64,000 bases of DNA from Candidatus Eiseniibacteriota bacterium (GCA_963762255.1 CAVXKA010000001.1:416001-480000); one strand, 5' to 3'. Positions 40,530-50,845 are shown, counted from the stretch's first letter. Notes: generated from the letters alone by a model not told the origin. A program made the numbers and translations.

Positions 40530-42869
40530 ATGACCAGCACCGACCTCGGCCACGACTTCCCGCGCTGGCTCGCCGAGGTCCAGGCGGACCGCCACTACGC
40601 CGGACAAATCGCCCACGTGGAGCGCCTCCCGGAGCGCGAGGCGCGCTACGCCGAGCTCGATCCGCCGCTCTCCGCGCTCCTGCGCGAGGCGCTCGCCGCG
40701 CTCTCCATCGAGCGGCTCTACACGCACCAGGCCGAAGCCGTCTCCGCCGCGCGCCGCGGCGAAAACGTGGTCACGGTGACCGGGACCGCGAGCGGTAAGA
40801 CCCTCGCGTTCCTGCTGCCCATCCTCGAAGCGCTCGAGAGCGATCCGTCCACCACCGCGATCCTCCTCTATCCCACCAAGGCGCTCGCCCAGGACCAGCT
40901 CAAGGGGATTCTCCGGCTTGTCGAGACGCACCCCGGGCTGCGCGAACTCGTGCGCGCCGGCGTCTACGACGGCGACACCTCGCAGAGCGCACGCCGCAAG
41001 ATCCGCGATGAGGCGAACCTCGTGCTCACCAACCCCGACATGCTCCATCGCGGAATCCTCCCCTATCACACCAAGTGGCACCGGGTGCTGCGCCGGCTTG
41101 AATTCGTGGTGACGGACGAGGTCCACACCTACCGCGGCATCTTCGGCTCCAACGTCGGCAACGTGCTGCGCCGCTTGCGCCGCGTGGCCGCCCACTACGG
41201 CGCCTCGCCGGGTTTCCTCTGCTCCTCCGCCACCATCCGCAACCCCCGCGAACTGTGCGAGACCCTCGTCGGGCTCCCCTTCAGGCTGGTGGACGACGAC
41301 GGCTCGCCGCGCGGCCCCAAGACCTTCGTGCTCTGGAACCCGCCCTATCTCGACAACGCACAGATGGAGCGGCGCAGCGGCAATGTCGAAGCGAAGGAAC
41401 TTCTGGTGCGCCTGGTCGAGCGCGGCGTCCACACCATCGTCTTCACCAAGGCGCGCGTGGTGACCGAGCTCATCTACAAGTACGCGCGCGAGGAGTTGCT
41501 TCATCGCCGCGGCGGCCTCGCCGAGAAGCTCAAGCCCTATCGCGGCGGCTACCTCCCCGCCGAACGGCGCGAGATCGAGCGGCAGCTCTTCGGCGGCGAA
41601 CTTCTCGGAGTGGTCGCCACCAACGCGCTCGAACTCGGCATCGACATCGGCGGGCTGGATGCGGCGATCCTCGTCGGGTTCCCCGGCACGGTGGCGAGCA
41701 TCTGGCAGCAGGCGGGGCGCGCCGGGCGTTCGCGCGACGAGGCGCTCACGCTCTTCGTCGGCTACAACGATCCTATCGATCAGTACCTGCTCAAGCACCC
41801 GCGCTACTTCTTCGCGCAGAACCCCGAGGCCGCGGTGTGCGATCCCGCCAACCCCTACATCCTGGCCGGACATCTCGGCTGCGCCGCCTTCGAGCTGCCG
41901 CTCACCGCCGCCGACCGCGATCTCTTCGGCGCCGAGTCCACCCCGGTGCGCGAGATCCTGCGCGAGGAAGGCGAGCTGCATTCGGTGGAAGATGAAGACT
42001 ACTGGTCCACCGCGGAGTTCCCGGCCAAGCGCGTCAACCTGCGCACGATCTCCGACGACACCTACACGATCGTGGACACCGACAACGAAGACGCGGTGAT
42101 CGGCACGGTGGACGCGATCTCCGCTCCCGAGCTGGTTTACCCGGAGGCCATCTACCTGCACGAGGGAGAGACCTTTTTCGTGCACGAACTCGACCTGGAG
42201 AAGAAGATCGCGCGGGTGAAGCGCGTGTCGGCGGACTACTACACGCAGCCCGTGCTCGACACCTCGATCCGCGTGAACGGTTCCCGCGAAGAGCGCGCCG
42301 AGAACGCGGAGATGCTCACCCTGGTCGACGCCACCGTGACCTGGGCGACGACGATGTTCAAGAAGATCCAGTTCGGGAGCATGGATTCGATCGGATACAA
42401 GAACCTCGACCTGCCCGCGCAGCACCTGGAGACGGTCGCGCTCGGCTGGTCGCCCTCGCCCGGCGTCGCCGCTGCGCTCTCCCGCGAAGGACTGAACCCG
42501 GTGGAGGGTTTGATGGGCGTGCGCAACCTGGCCATCACCGTCTTTCCGGTGCTCGCGATGTGCGACCGCGCCGACGTGGGCGGCGTGATCGACTCGTCCA
42601 ACACCGGACGCCCCACGCTCTATCTCTACGACCGCTTTCCCGGCGGACTCGGCTTCGCCGAGCGCGCGTTCACCGACTTTTCGCATCTGGTGCGCGAGGC
42701 GTTCACGCTTCTGGCCGACTGTTCGTGCGCGGACGGTTGTCCCTCGTGCGTGGGCCTTCCCATTCTCCGACCGGCCATCCATCAGGATCCCGATGCCGGC
42801 CCCGGTTACCCCATCCCCGACAAGCGCGCGGCGCGACTTCTCTTGGAAGCCGTGCTGGGCGGGCGATGA
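40530..42869 (+). CDS. DEAD/DEAH-box helicase with C-terminal DUF1998/Zn-binding domain (YprA/MrfA/Hrq1-like)
   Basis: TGTASGKT, YPTKALAQDQ, DEVH, SSATI, TNALELGIDIG, QQAGRAGR, C-x-C-x3-C-x2-C. Confidence 0.93.
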   Translation: MTSTDLGHDFPRWLAEVQADRHYAGQIAHVERLPEREARYAELDPPLSALLREALAALSIERLYTHQAEAVSAARRGENVVTVTGTASGKTLAFLLPILEALESDPSTTAILLYPTKALAQDQLKGILRLVETHPGLRELVRAGVYDGDTSQSARRKIRDEANLVLTNPDMLHRGILPYHTKWHRVLRRLEFVVTDEVHTYRGIFGSNVGNVLRRLRRVAAHYGASPGFLCSSATIRNPRELCETLVGLPFRLVDDDGSPRGPKTFVLWNPPYLDNAQMERRSGNVEAKELLVRLVERGVHTIVFTKARVVTELIYKYAREELLHRRGGLAEKLKPYRGGYLPAERREIERQLFGGELLGVVATNALELGIDIGGLDAAILVGFPGTVASIWQQAGRAGRSRDEALTLFVGYNDPIDQYLLKHPRYFFAQNPEAAVCDPANPYILAGHLGCAAFELPLTAADRDLFGAESTPVREILREEGELHSVEDEDYWSTAEFPAKRVNLRTISDDTYTIVDTDNEDAVIGTVDAISAPELVYPEAIYLHEGETFFVHELDLEKKIARVKRVSADYYTQPVLDTSIRVNGSREERAENAEMLTLVDATVTWATTMFKKIQFGSMDSIGYKNLDLPAQHLETVALGWSPSPGVAAALSREGLNPVEGLMGVRNLAITVFPVLAMCDRADVGGVIDSSNTGRPTLYLYDRFPGGLGFAERAFTDFSHLVREAFTLLADCSCADGCPSCVGLPILRPAIHQDPDAGPGYPIPDKRAARLLLEAVLGGR

Positions 42870-42881
42870 GGCGATGACGCG

Positions 42882-43709
42882 ATGATGCGCGAGGAGCTGC
42901 GTCGCAAACTCTCGGACGTCTCTCGCGGGCGCCGCCCCGCCGAGGCCCCGGCGCCATCGAAGAAGTCGCGGCGATCCCTGGCCGCGCTCCCCATCGAAAC
43001 GCTCGTCCCCGGCATCGAGGTAGCCACGTCGCGCGGACGCCACTGGCGGCACGAGCGGCCTTTGGCCGAAGCACCCGGCCTCGCCGAGGCCGCGCGCGCA
43101 CTCGCCCCCGGCGCCCTCCCCGATCCGGAACAGACCGAGGTGTCCTGCCTGGGCGACAAGGGGCTCGAAGGCGCGCTATTCCTCGACCTCGAAACCTGCG
43201 GGTTTTCCGGAAACCCGCTCTTCCTCACCGGAGCCCTGCGCATCGAGAACGGGCGGCCCATCTTCATCCAACTCCTCGCGCGGCACTACGCGGAAGAGGC
43301 GTCGGTGGTGGAGGCAAGCCTGGAGCTCCTGCGGCGACACCCGCTTCTCGTCACCTTCAACGGCAAGTCCTACGACGTTCCGTTCCTGCGCGAGCGGGCC
43401 ATTCGCCACGGCCTCGACTGGACGCCCCCGGCCGGACATCTGGATCTGCTGCACTCGGCGCGGCGGCGCTGGAAAGACGTGCTCCCCGATTGCCGCCTTC
43501 CCACGCTGGAAGAGCGGCTGACCGGCCGGCGGCGGGCGGGGGACGTGCCCGGCAGCGAGGCTCCCGAGCGCTATCACGCGTTTGTGCGCGGCGGACCGGC
43601 GAGCGAGCTGGTGCCGGTGCTGCGGCACAATTTGCTCGACCTCGTGACGCTGGTGGCGCTCCTGGGGGCGCTACCCAGATCGGGGGTGGCCATCGCGCAT
43701 AAATCCTGA
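42882..43709 (+). CDS. RNase H-like exonuclease (YprB/MrfB-like)
   Basis: FLDLETCG, TFNGKSYDVP, HLDLL, HNLLD motifs; directly after YprA-like helicase. Confidence 0.88.
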   Translation: MMREELRRKLSDVSRGRRPAEAPAPSKKSRRSLAALPIETLVPGIEVATSRGRHWRHERPLAEAPGLAEAARALAPGALPDPEQTEVSCLGDKGLEGALFLDLETCGFSGNPLFLTGALRIENGRPIFIQLLARHYAEEASVVEASLELLRRHPLLVTFNGKSYDVPFLRERAIRHGLDWTPPAGHLDLLHSARRRWKDVLPDCRLPTLEERLTGRRRAGDVPGSEAPERYHAFVRGGPASELVPVLRHNLLDLVTLVALLGALPRSGVAIAHKS

Positions 43710-43729
43710 CGCGGCATAGACATTGAGAC

Positions 43730-43759
43730 TTGACAGCCTCCCGCGATCATGGCTAGCTT
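43730..43759 (+). promoter_or_regulatory. Sigma70-type promoter
   Basis: TTGACA-18 nt-TAGCTT upstream of 43855 gene. Confidence 0.45.
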
Positions 43760-43854
43760 GATTGCGTCGATCCGTGGACATCCCGGCTTGCCGGTCCGGC
43801 TCGCGACTATTTTTGTTTCGGATTGCGTCCGGCTAAAGAGGAGGAGGCTCTGTC

Positions 43855-44619
43855 ATGAAACGAGTTCTACTGATTGTCACCGCCGTGGCCGTGGTCATGG
43901 CGATGAACGTTCCGGCCTGGGCCGGGACCAACCCCAACTGCGTGTTCACCCTGCACGCCAAGGGTCACACGACGAAGGCCACGACGATCTGCACCACGTG
44001 GAGCCCTAACAGCGGCACCCCGCTTCCGTGCTCGAATTACAACACGAGCTGGCCGACCAAGCTGGTTACCGACGTGTACCTCGTGATCGCGCGCGGCGAC
44101 ACGGCCCTGGTGCCAGGGTGGGGGCTTGCCGGCGTCTCCTGCGGCGTCTACTACGACAACGCCGTGGGCTCCGGTGTGGACGTGTTCGGTTGGACCCTCT
44201 GCGCCGACCTGGAGTTCACCAACGGGAACTTGACCTGCCCGCCCGACATACCTCCCTGCGAGTGGCCGATCTCCGGCGGTGGCAACCGGATCACCTGGGT
44301 GATGACCACCAACTGCCAGCAGACGATCGCCGGCAGCGACGGCGTACACGCCGTGGCCGGCGCGTTCTACCTCTACGCGTATAACCCGGACATCTTCTAT
44401 CTCACGCACAACAGGAACCTGATGATCCCCGAACTGGCCGTGGCCAACTGCAAGGCCAACACCGACCTGCTGCCTTTCAATCGGGCCGGCCAGGTGGCGT
44501 TCTCGACGGACGGCTCGGCGCTCGGCTGCAACCCGTGCACTGAGCCCGATTGGGAGTGCGACCCGCCCACGCCGGTTGAAGAAACGACCTGGGGCAAGCT
44601 CAAGACCAACTATCGGTAG
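43855..44619 (+). CDS. Secreted Cys-rich protein with PVEETTWGKLK C-terminal motif
   Basis: AGGAGG RBS, signal peptide, many Cys, homologous to C-terminal half of the 23612 gene. Confidence 0.88.
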   Translation: MKRVLLIVTAVAVVMAMNVPAWAGTNPNCVFTLHAKGHTTKATTICTTWSPNSGTPLPCSNYNTSWPTKLVTDVYLVIARGDTALVPGWGLAGVSCGVYYDNAVGSGVDVFGWTLCADLEFTNGNLTCPPDIPPCEWPISGGGNRITWVMTTNCQQTIAGSDGVHAVAGAFYLYAYNPDIFYLTHNRNLMIPELAVANCKANTDLLPFNRAGQVAFSTDGSALGCNPCTEPDWECDPPTPVEETTWGKLKTNYR

Positions 44620-44647
44620 GACCAGGCGAGCGAGCCGGGGGACAGGG

Positions 44648-45826
44648 ATGCCCCGGAGTCCGAAGCCCGGATCCTCGACGCGATCCGTTCATGCGGGGCG
44701 AGGCCACCCGATCGAAGGGGGCCTCGCCCTTCCTCTTTTTCCCGCCGCGGTCTACGCGCTCCCGTCGCTCGATGACGCGGTGGCCGCGTTCACCGGCGAG
44801 CGCCCCGCGCTCGTGTATGCCCGCTACGGTCACCCCACGGGGCAGTTGGTGGAGGCTCGTCTGGCCGCGCTGGAGGGCGCCGAAGAAGCGGTTCTCTTCT
44901 CGAGCGGGATGGCCGCCATCGCACTCACCGCGATGTCGCTCTGCCGCAGCGGCGATCATTTGCTGGCCTCCGCGGAGATGTACGGCGGCACACTCGAACT
45001 CTTGCGCACCGTGCTCCCGGCGTGCGGGATCGACGTCGAGCTCGTGCCGCTGGAGGAGCTGGGCGCCCTGCGCCCGCGCTTGCGCGAGACGACGCGGCTC
45101 GTGCTCGTCGAATCGCCCACCAATCCGCTTCTGCGCGTGGTGGACTTCGCGGCGCTCTTCGCGGGGCTCGGCACGCCGCGACCGGTGGTCGCGCTGGACG
45201 CCACCTTCATGACCCCGCTCGGGCAGGACGCCTGGAGCGCGGGTTTCGACCTCGTGCTGCACTCCGCGACCAAGTACCTCGGCGGCCACGACGATCTCAC
45301 CGCCGGTGTGGTGACGGGTCGCCGCGAGCTCCTCGCGCCGATCCGCGACAAGCGCCGCGTGGTGGGTGCGATGTGCGATCCGCAGACGGCGTGGCTCCTG
45401 GAACGCGGGATGAAGACGCTGGCCGTTCGCTGGGAGCGGCAGTGCGCGAACGCCCTGGCTCTGGCGCAGCGGCTGGAGGCGCATCCGCGAATCGAGCGCG
45501 TGCACTACCCCGGTCTGTCGACGCATCCGCACCACGAGCGCGCCACGCGCCAGATGAACTCGTTCGGCGCGGTGCTGGCGTTCGACGTGGCGGGAGGATT
45601 CGATGCGGCGCGCCACGTGTTCGACCGGCTGCAATTGATCGCGCGCGCTCCGAGCCTGGGCGGGGTGGAGAGCATGGCCCTCCACCCCGCGACATCCTCC
45701 CATCGCGGGCTCTCCGTCGAGGAGCGCCGCGTGGCTGGGATCGGCGACGGCCTTCTGCGCTTGAGCGTGGGCGTCGAGGACGAAGCCGACCTCTGGGAAG
45801 ATCTGCGCCAGGCGCTGGAGAGCTAG
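44648..45826 (+). CDS. Cys/Met metabolism PLP enzyme (cystathionine gamma-synthase/methionine gamma-lyase family)
   Basis: YARYGHPT, FSSGMAAI, ESPTNP, HSATKYLGGH, SLGGVES, RLSVGVED. Confidence 0.92.
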   Translation: MPRSPKPGSSTRSVHAGRGHPIEGGLALPLFPAAVYALPSLDDAVAAFTGERPALVYARYGHPTGQLVEARLAALEGAEEAVLFSSGMAAIALTAMSLCRSGDHLLASAEMYGGTLELLRTVLPACGIDVELVPLEELGALRPRLRETTRLVLVESPTNPLLRVVDFAALFAGLGTPRPVVALDATFMTPLGQDAWSAGFDLVLHSATKYLGGHDDLTAGVVTGRRELLAPIRDKRRVVGAMCDPQTAWLLERGMKTLAVRWERQCANALALAQRLEAHPRIERVHYPGLSTHPHHERATRQMNSFGAVLAFDVAGGFDAARHVFDRLQLIARAPSLGGVESMALHPATSSHRGLSVEERRVAGIGDGLLRLSVGVEDEADLWEDLRQALES

Positions 45827-46392
45827 TTCGTCGAGGCCGGCGGCAGATCCCGCCACTCCACGATCAACCAGCGACTCTCGCCCCGCTCGACGACCTCGCG
45901 CAGGTAGAACTCCTGGCGGTCGCCGCTGACCTGGAGCGTCGGCTTCCCCACTCGCTCGATTCGTAGGAACGTGTGGGCCACCACGACCCTCATCGTATGC
46001 TCCAGTCCGCGCGCGGTCGCAGGCGCGACCGAGAGCTTGGCGAGCCGGATCACCACACGCTTCACCTCGGAGGACTCGAAGAGGCGCTGCGCCGAGCGGA
46101 GCTCGTCCTCGAGACCCCACGATGCGCGCCCTAACTCCCGCGCGTCCTGCGGCTGGAACCGGAACACGAACTCGGGCGCGAAGAGCTCCCGGTATGCGTC
46201 GATGTCGCGGTTGGCATAGGCCGCCTCGAGGTTGGCGATCACGTTCATCGGTTGGACCGGGGAGAGGTACCCACGGGGAGTGAGTTCCTCGTCGGCGATC
46301 GGGGTGGGTGCCACCGGATGTTGCCTGCGGGAACATCCACCGGCGGCGAGGACGACGGCCAGAACGAACAATAGGATTCGCCTGGTTCTCAT
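45823..46392 (-). CDS. Lipoprotein, NTF2/SnoaL-like fold
   Basis: Lipobox LAAGG-C; AYANRDIDAYRELFAPEFVF and WLIVEW motifs. Confidence 0.75.
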   Translation of the reverse strand: MRTRRILLFVLAVVLAAGGCSRRQHPVAPTPIADEELTPRGYLSPVQPMNVIANLEAAYANRDIDAYRELFAPEFVFRFQPQDARELGRASWGLEDELRSAQRLFESSEVKRVVIRLAKLSVAPATARGLEHTMRVVVAHTFLRIERVGKPTLQVSGDRQEFYLREVVERGESRWLIVEWRDLPPASTN

Positions 46393-46934
46393 GGCTGGTC
46401 TCCTGACCCAAGCCCGGGTTGGCGATGTCCTCGCCCCGCTGTTTCTGCAGGAGACGTGCCACGACGTGTGCGCTCTGCTGCGATCCCCGATCGCGCTCAT
46501 CGCGCACTTGAGACGGAGCGGACCCGATCTCGGGCGCTCGTGGTCCACGTGCGCGTCCTCCCGGGCTGGTTCCGCGCTTCGCAGTGGGAAGGGGCTATCC
46601 GGTTCGGCGGTGACGAACTTGCGTCGCGGATCGCCGAGGTCGCGTCGGTTCCATGTGCGCCGATCGCGGAGCGTTTCGGCCCCCGCCGAGTCTCCGCCGG
46701 CGCAAGTGCTACGCAGAGGCGATGTTTCGGGTGAATTACTCGCGGCGGAGATCCCCGACGTTCACGCGAGACGATCGGCACGACCCCTGCATATAGGAAT
46801 GTCGTTCGCGCGACCAGGGACGGGCCGCGCGGGCAAAGCGAACCAACGCTGTCGAAGTTACCCTCTCGTTGGAGCGCATTCGGGGGACGAATCTCCGTGG
46901 TCGAGAAGGCCCTTATCGGACGGGGGGGGCTTTC

Positions 46935-47097
46935 TCGAGTGGGCACAAACGTTGCCGGTGGGAGGTACGAGGCTGCACCCCAGTCCGGGTGCCCGTATAT
47001 GTGTTTGAAATCAATGGGTTTCGGGGATCGGCGTTTTGGCGAGAATCGTCCCCACGCAGCGATGGTGCCCACTCGAAGGGTGGTTTTCGAGTGGGCA
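46935..47097. repeat. Three copies of TCGAGTGGGCA incl. a perfect 12-bp inverted repeat
   Basis: TCGAGTGGGCAC at 46935; TGCCCACTCGAA (47066-47077) and TTCGAGTGGGCA (47086-47097). Confidence 0.7.
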
Positions 47098-47178
47098 GGA
47101 AACACGCGTTGCCCCCCCCCGGGGGAACACACCGCTACTGAGCCTCTCGGTCACGCCGCCGAGATGGACAGCAGTGCA

Positions 47179-48147
47179 CTAGAATGGCAAGTCGTCATCA
47201 TCCACCTCCGCCGGCAACTCCGTCAAAGAGACAAATTCATCCTTCCAGTCAGTCGCCTTCATGATCTTAAGGCTGCCATTCTCCCCGAACAGATCCGCGC
47301 GGACCTTTACCAGGTACTTTTCCTTCGGCCAGTCAGCCAAGTAGACACGATAATCAGGTTCCTTCCAATCGTCACGATCCACCACCTTGACCCGCCGTGC
47401 GTCAAGGAGGGCATCCATCTCGCCCACCGTCTCGAAGTAGACTCTATAGGGCACTTTCACAGTGCTCCTAATGGCTTCAAACACCGGATGGTTGCTCAGC
47501 AGAATGTCCCGGATGGTCGCATCACCTTCCTTTCTCTCTTTCGTCAGAAAGTCCACCAACTGATTCAACGTCCCAGCGGTTGCCTCGATCTTCTCAAGAA
47601 TCCGAACCTCCTTCTGACGTGCATGCTCCTGCAATAGCATCTGCAGCAACCCCGCCCATTGTTCTCGAAGGAAGAAGATGATGTCGCTCGTGACCTCAAA
47701 CGGCTGAATCGGGTTTCTGCCGGAGAGGGCAAAGAGCTCTTCTAGAAAGCCGTACACCCGAAGATCGTTCACCGCGCTGGGGGTGAACCCCTTGACGGTC
47801 TTATTGGCCAAATAGGTGCCATGCTCAGCATAGACCGCTCGCTCAACGAAAATGTAGATTTGCTTTCCCAGTTTCGCCGCCGTCCTGAGTTCATTCTGGG
47901 AGATAGAGTAGCGCGCGTCTCTGGAGTCGGTGCCGAACTTGCCCCCGACTATGTTGATCAAGATGTCGCAACTCGCAATCTCGCGGTAGCAGTCTTCCTC
48001 CAAACTTTCGGTGACTCCGTATGGAACCTGACCGCGTTCGAATAATACGGGGTCATAACCCTGCTCCCGGATGAAGCGCTCGAGATCCGCCCGTACGTTT
48101 CTTAGGTCATAGTATGTGGAGCTTATGAAGATCCGAGGACGAGCCAC
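47179..48147 (-). CDS. DUF4062 domain protein (TIR/nucleoside-deoxyribosyltransferase-like fold)
   Basis: RIFISSTYYDL...R, CYREIASCDILINIVGGKFG, SISQNE; GGAGG RBS before GTG 48147. Confidence 0.88.
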   Translation of the reverse strand: MARPRIFISSTYYDLRNVRADLERFIREQGYDPVLFERGQVPYGVTESLEEDCYREIASCDILINIVGGKFGTDSRDARYSISQNELRTAAKLGKQIYIFVERAVYAEHGTYLANKTVKGFTPSAVNDLRVYGFLEELFALSGRNPIQPFEVTSDIIFFLREQWAGLLQMLLQEHARQKEVRILEKIEATAGTLNQLVDFLTKERKEGDATIRDILLSNHPVFEAIRSTVKVPYRVYFETVGEMDALLDARRVKVVDRDDWKEPDYRVYLADWPKEKYLVKVRADLFGENGSLKIMKATDWKDEFVSLTELPAEVDDDDLPF

Positions 48148-48488
48148 GGTTAACCTCCCTTTGCATCGGCCAGAGCACATTCCTCTGATGATTGGGGGCT
48201 GCCAGTGCATGGTCCCAGGGCGGGAACGCGATTCACCTTTCTTACAGTCGCTTGCCCGACTCTGGCATGACGGCTGCCCGCCCCCCGGCGCACTGTTGAC
48301 AGAGACAATCGCGCTCTAGACAGGAACGACACGCGCCTTGACCATGCGCTCGCCCAGATGTGCGTACAGATGGAACTCACTGCCACCTTGAATAGGAACC
48401 TCCACCCCGGCTTTGCTCGACGGCTGTTAGCAATGAGGATGTTGTCTGTGATGCATTGGAGGCGATCACCTCTTCATCTGGCGACTGT

Positions 48489-49778
48489 CTACTTGAGCAT
48501 CTTCACGAGGCCTTCCAAAGTCAATTCCCACCGATCAAGTACGCGGCGCCATGCAGCACCCCAGTCACTTACCGGGTAGGAGATCCCAAAGGCACGGCAT
48601 GCGTTGACGACCTTGGCGTTTTCGACATGGGCTGGATGGAGATTATTCCGCAAGTCCCGAATCATCCTCAATCCGGCAATCACCCTGCCTACGTCTTCGT
48701 TCTCTACATCCCTATCCGGTTTCAAGAGTATCTCCAGGGCATCAATGGACCTCGGCTGAGGCCCGGCGCCACCGTGACTCTTCTTGCCCGGTATGGCAAT
48801 CGCTTCAACGTAGGTCGCTAACGTCTGTATGCTGTGGGCAAACTCCATCTTGTTCGTCGGAACCCTGGCAAAGACCAGTGCCGCTTCGTGCGGGACACGG
48901 CCGAAGAGAGGGCTGCCGAACTTCTTCTCGAAGAGTCTATCCACTGAATCGAGAAGCTCCACAGAGCGAGTGCCGCTGGGGTTCCCATCCGGTAGCCTGC
49001 CCTCTAAGCTGGGCTCGTGCGAGACTCTTCGGGCAGGTGTTTCGGAGAACACGCCGGGAAACCTCAGGACAACTCTGTACCTATGGCCGCGAGTGGGCTC
49101 TGCCCTCTCCCATCGAACCCGGCGATCGGCCTCGATACTATCGACGGGGTCGCTCAGCTGCCGCCGCTGGGAAGAATACGGGTGAACCGTTTCTTCAAAG
49201 ACCATCACATCCGGGAAGGGTAAAGCGTCACCGATCACGATGTCGAATGACAGTCGCTCTGTGGCGACGTGCACGTCGTGATAGATATTGAGCTCCCAAC
49301 TGGCCTTCTCGCCAGTTGTGACGTATGCTGGGGACAATGACATATAGTCAGTGATTGTGGTTCGACGAAACAGCTCATTGCTGGTCAATTCGTGACTTGT
49401 CTGGCCGACCCTTAGGTGGTCAGCGAAGCGCGAAACGTGGAAATCGATCGACTCTTCCCTGCCTAGTCCAGCGAATGCACCTCGCGAGATTACCGTGTGC
49501 GCATCGTAGATCACGCGCTCATCCAGGATTTCGACTGCGACTGATGCGCTGCCTTGTGGCACGTCTGGCTGCACGGTCGTTGATCGACGTACTTCGGCCT
49601 TCGCGGTCCCGTGCAACTGGATCTCAAACCGATCACTGAGGAGAGTGCACCCAGGGCGAGTCTGCGAGCTTGTCCCTGATTCCGCTTGAGACCCAATGAA
49701 GATCTTCCGAATGAGCGTGGCGGCGGCTTGTCCCAGGGCCAGGAAGAAGCCCGCAGCGTCCCAGCTGATACCGCTCAC
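48489..49778 (-). CDS. Hypothetical protein: beta-rich domain plus C-terminal helical domain with HEPN-like R-x6-H motif
   Basis: GTGA coupling to upstream gene; WERAEPTRGHRY motif; LRMIRDLRNNLHPAH. Confidence 0.7.
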   Translation of the reverse strand: MSGISWDAAGFFLALGQAAATLIRKIFIGSQAESGTSSQTRPGCTLLSDRFEIQLHGTAKAEVRRSTTVQPDVPQGSASVAVEILDERVIYDAHTVISRGAFAGLGREESIDFHVSRFADHLRVGQTSHELTSNELFRRTTITDYMSLSPAYVTTGEKASWELNIYHDVHVATERLSFDIVIGDALPFPDVMVFEETVHPYSSQRRQLSDPVDSIEADRRVRWERAEPTRGHRYRVVLRFPGVFSETPARRVSHEPSLEGRLPDGNPSGTRSVELLDSVDRLFEKKFGSPLFGRVPHEAALVFARVPTNKMEFAHSIQTLATYVEAIAIPGKKSHGGAGPQPRSIDALEILLKPDRDVENEDVGRVIAGLRMIRDLRNNLHPAHVENAKVVNACRAFGISYPVSDWGAAWRRVLDRWELTLEGLVKMLK

Positions 49779-50707
49779 GAGTGAGTGGCGGGAGACTGCT
49801 TCGTGATGCCCACCTCAGGTGCCCTCGCAATTACTTGGCGCTGCTCCGCTGCCCACGTCCAACGGAGAACGTAGAGGTTACCCACGACAGGCTTGTGAAT
49901 GCGCCATTCAATCTCCTCATAGAAGGGGCTGGTTGCGGCGCGAAGACCCGAAATGCTGCCATCCGCCGGCTGAAGCAGTACTGGTGGATCCCCGCTCCCG
50001 AATGTTGGCGGAGAAGGCAGGGGCTGAGGCTTGCCGTCTGGCTCCCGGATCTCGCCCCATGCACCGACGATTCGACATGCTGGTGAGACGACTCTAATGA
50101 TCTGCGTTTCGGTGGGTATGACTACGCGGACTCCGAGAAACTCCGAGATGTCGGGGAAGTAACCGGTGAAATCGGTGAGCACCCATACATCAACCACTTC
50201 CCCACGCTTCGGGGTATGCTTGAATACCGCGTCGATTATAACGCCGCCTTCCGGATGAGCGTGTTCGAAGACGTTTAGGTTTTCGCTCTTGTCGACGATT
50301 GTCGCGGAGGTGTCATGCAACACCTCCCCGTTGGGTGACTTTCGTGGGGTCGCCCCGCGGAAGCTGAACCCCTGCACATTGTCGGCGTTTATGCGACGGA
50401 CTTGGTGGCGTCGGTATGTGGCGCGGAAGCAACTGGAGTCTTCGAAGGAGAGGATGTTCTCTGCCTCCAAGATGGTGGTGGGCAGAATCGTTGAAAGCTC
50501 CCGAGCCCGCGCTCGCTCCCGAGCTAGGAAGCGGGTGACCAGGGGCAGGAAGATAATTAGGGCGGCTAGCTGCAGGGCTAAGCCAATCGCCCCCAGCAAG
50601 TCGAGTCGGAAGCGATGCGCCAGAAGCGAGTAGCTAAGTAGTAGAATCGCCGCCCATATGGCAAGGAGGATACGATCGGTACGGGTCGGCTGGGTACTTC
50701 TCTGCAT
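49775..50707 (-). CDS. Hypothetical 2TM protein with beta-rich C-terminal domain
   Basis: GGAGG RBS; two N-terminal hydrophobic helices; WRIHKPVVGNLYVLRW motif. Confidence 0.75.
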   Translation of the reverse strand: MQRSTQPTRTDRILLAIWAAILLLSYSLLAHRFRLDLLGAIGLALQLAALIIFLPLVTRFLARERARARELSTILPTTILEAENILSFEDSSCFRATYRRHQVRRINADNVQGFSFRGATPRKSPNGEVLHDTSATIVDKSENLNVFEHAHPEGGVIIDAVFKHTPKRGEVVDVWVLTDFTGYFPDISEFLGVRVVIPTETQIIRVVSPACRIVGAWGEIREPDGKPQPLPSPPTFGSGDPPVLLQPADGSISGLRAATSPFYEEIEWRIHKPVVGNLYVLRWTWAAEQRQVIARAPEVGITKQSPATHS

Positions 50708-50803
50708 CCCCACCTCCCTGGCTCAGCGCCATGGCTCGCAGGTCGAGCTCACCCCTGTAGAGCAATTTCGTCCGACAGACCCGCGGGGAATTTCCCCCTC
50801 CGG

Positions 50804-50845
50804 CTACCAGCCGTTGTCAATCACGCCGTCGTTTCGGAATAGCAT
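50804..50845 (-). CDS. Possible 13-aa micropeptide MLFRNDGVIDNGW
   Basis: AAGGGGAG RBS immediately upstream; between an extended -10 promoter and the 2TM gene. Confidence 0.35.
   Translation of the reverse strand: MLFRNDGVIDNGW

Noticed and set aside
40530-43709. DUF1998 helicase as part of a DISARM/Druantia defence system
   Set aside because: Paired with a YprB-like exonuclease in core-GC context, matching the MrfAB-type repair pair; no drm/dru partners
55-46507. Many long overlapping or antisense ORFs (e.g. 55..1572, 1971..3665, 12269..14536, 40299..43052, 44600..46507)
   Set aside because: Arg/Gly/Pro-rich shadow frames typical of high-GC DNA, overlapping well-supported genes
46400-47170. 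tRNA/tmRNA integration target at island edge
   Set aside because: No cloverleaf or GTTCGA T-loop with CCA end recognised
48262-48278. Second sigma54-like motif (TGGCATGACGGCTGC, + strand)
   Set aside because: Points away from any plausible gene and lacks enhancer/IHF context; likely chance
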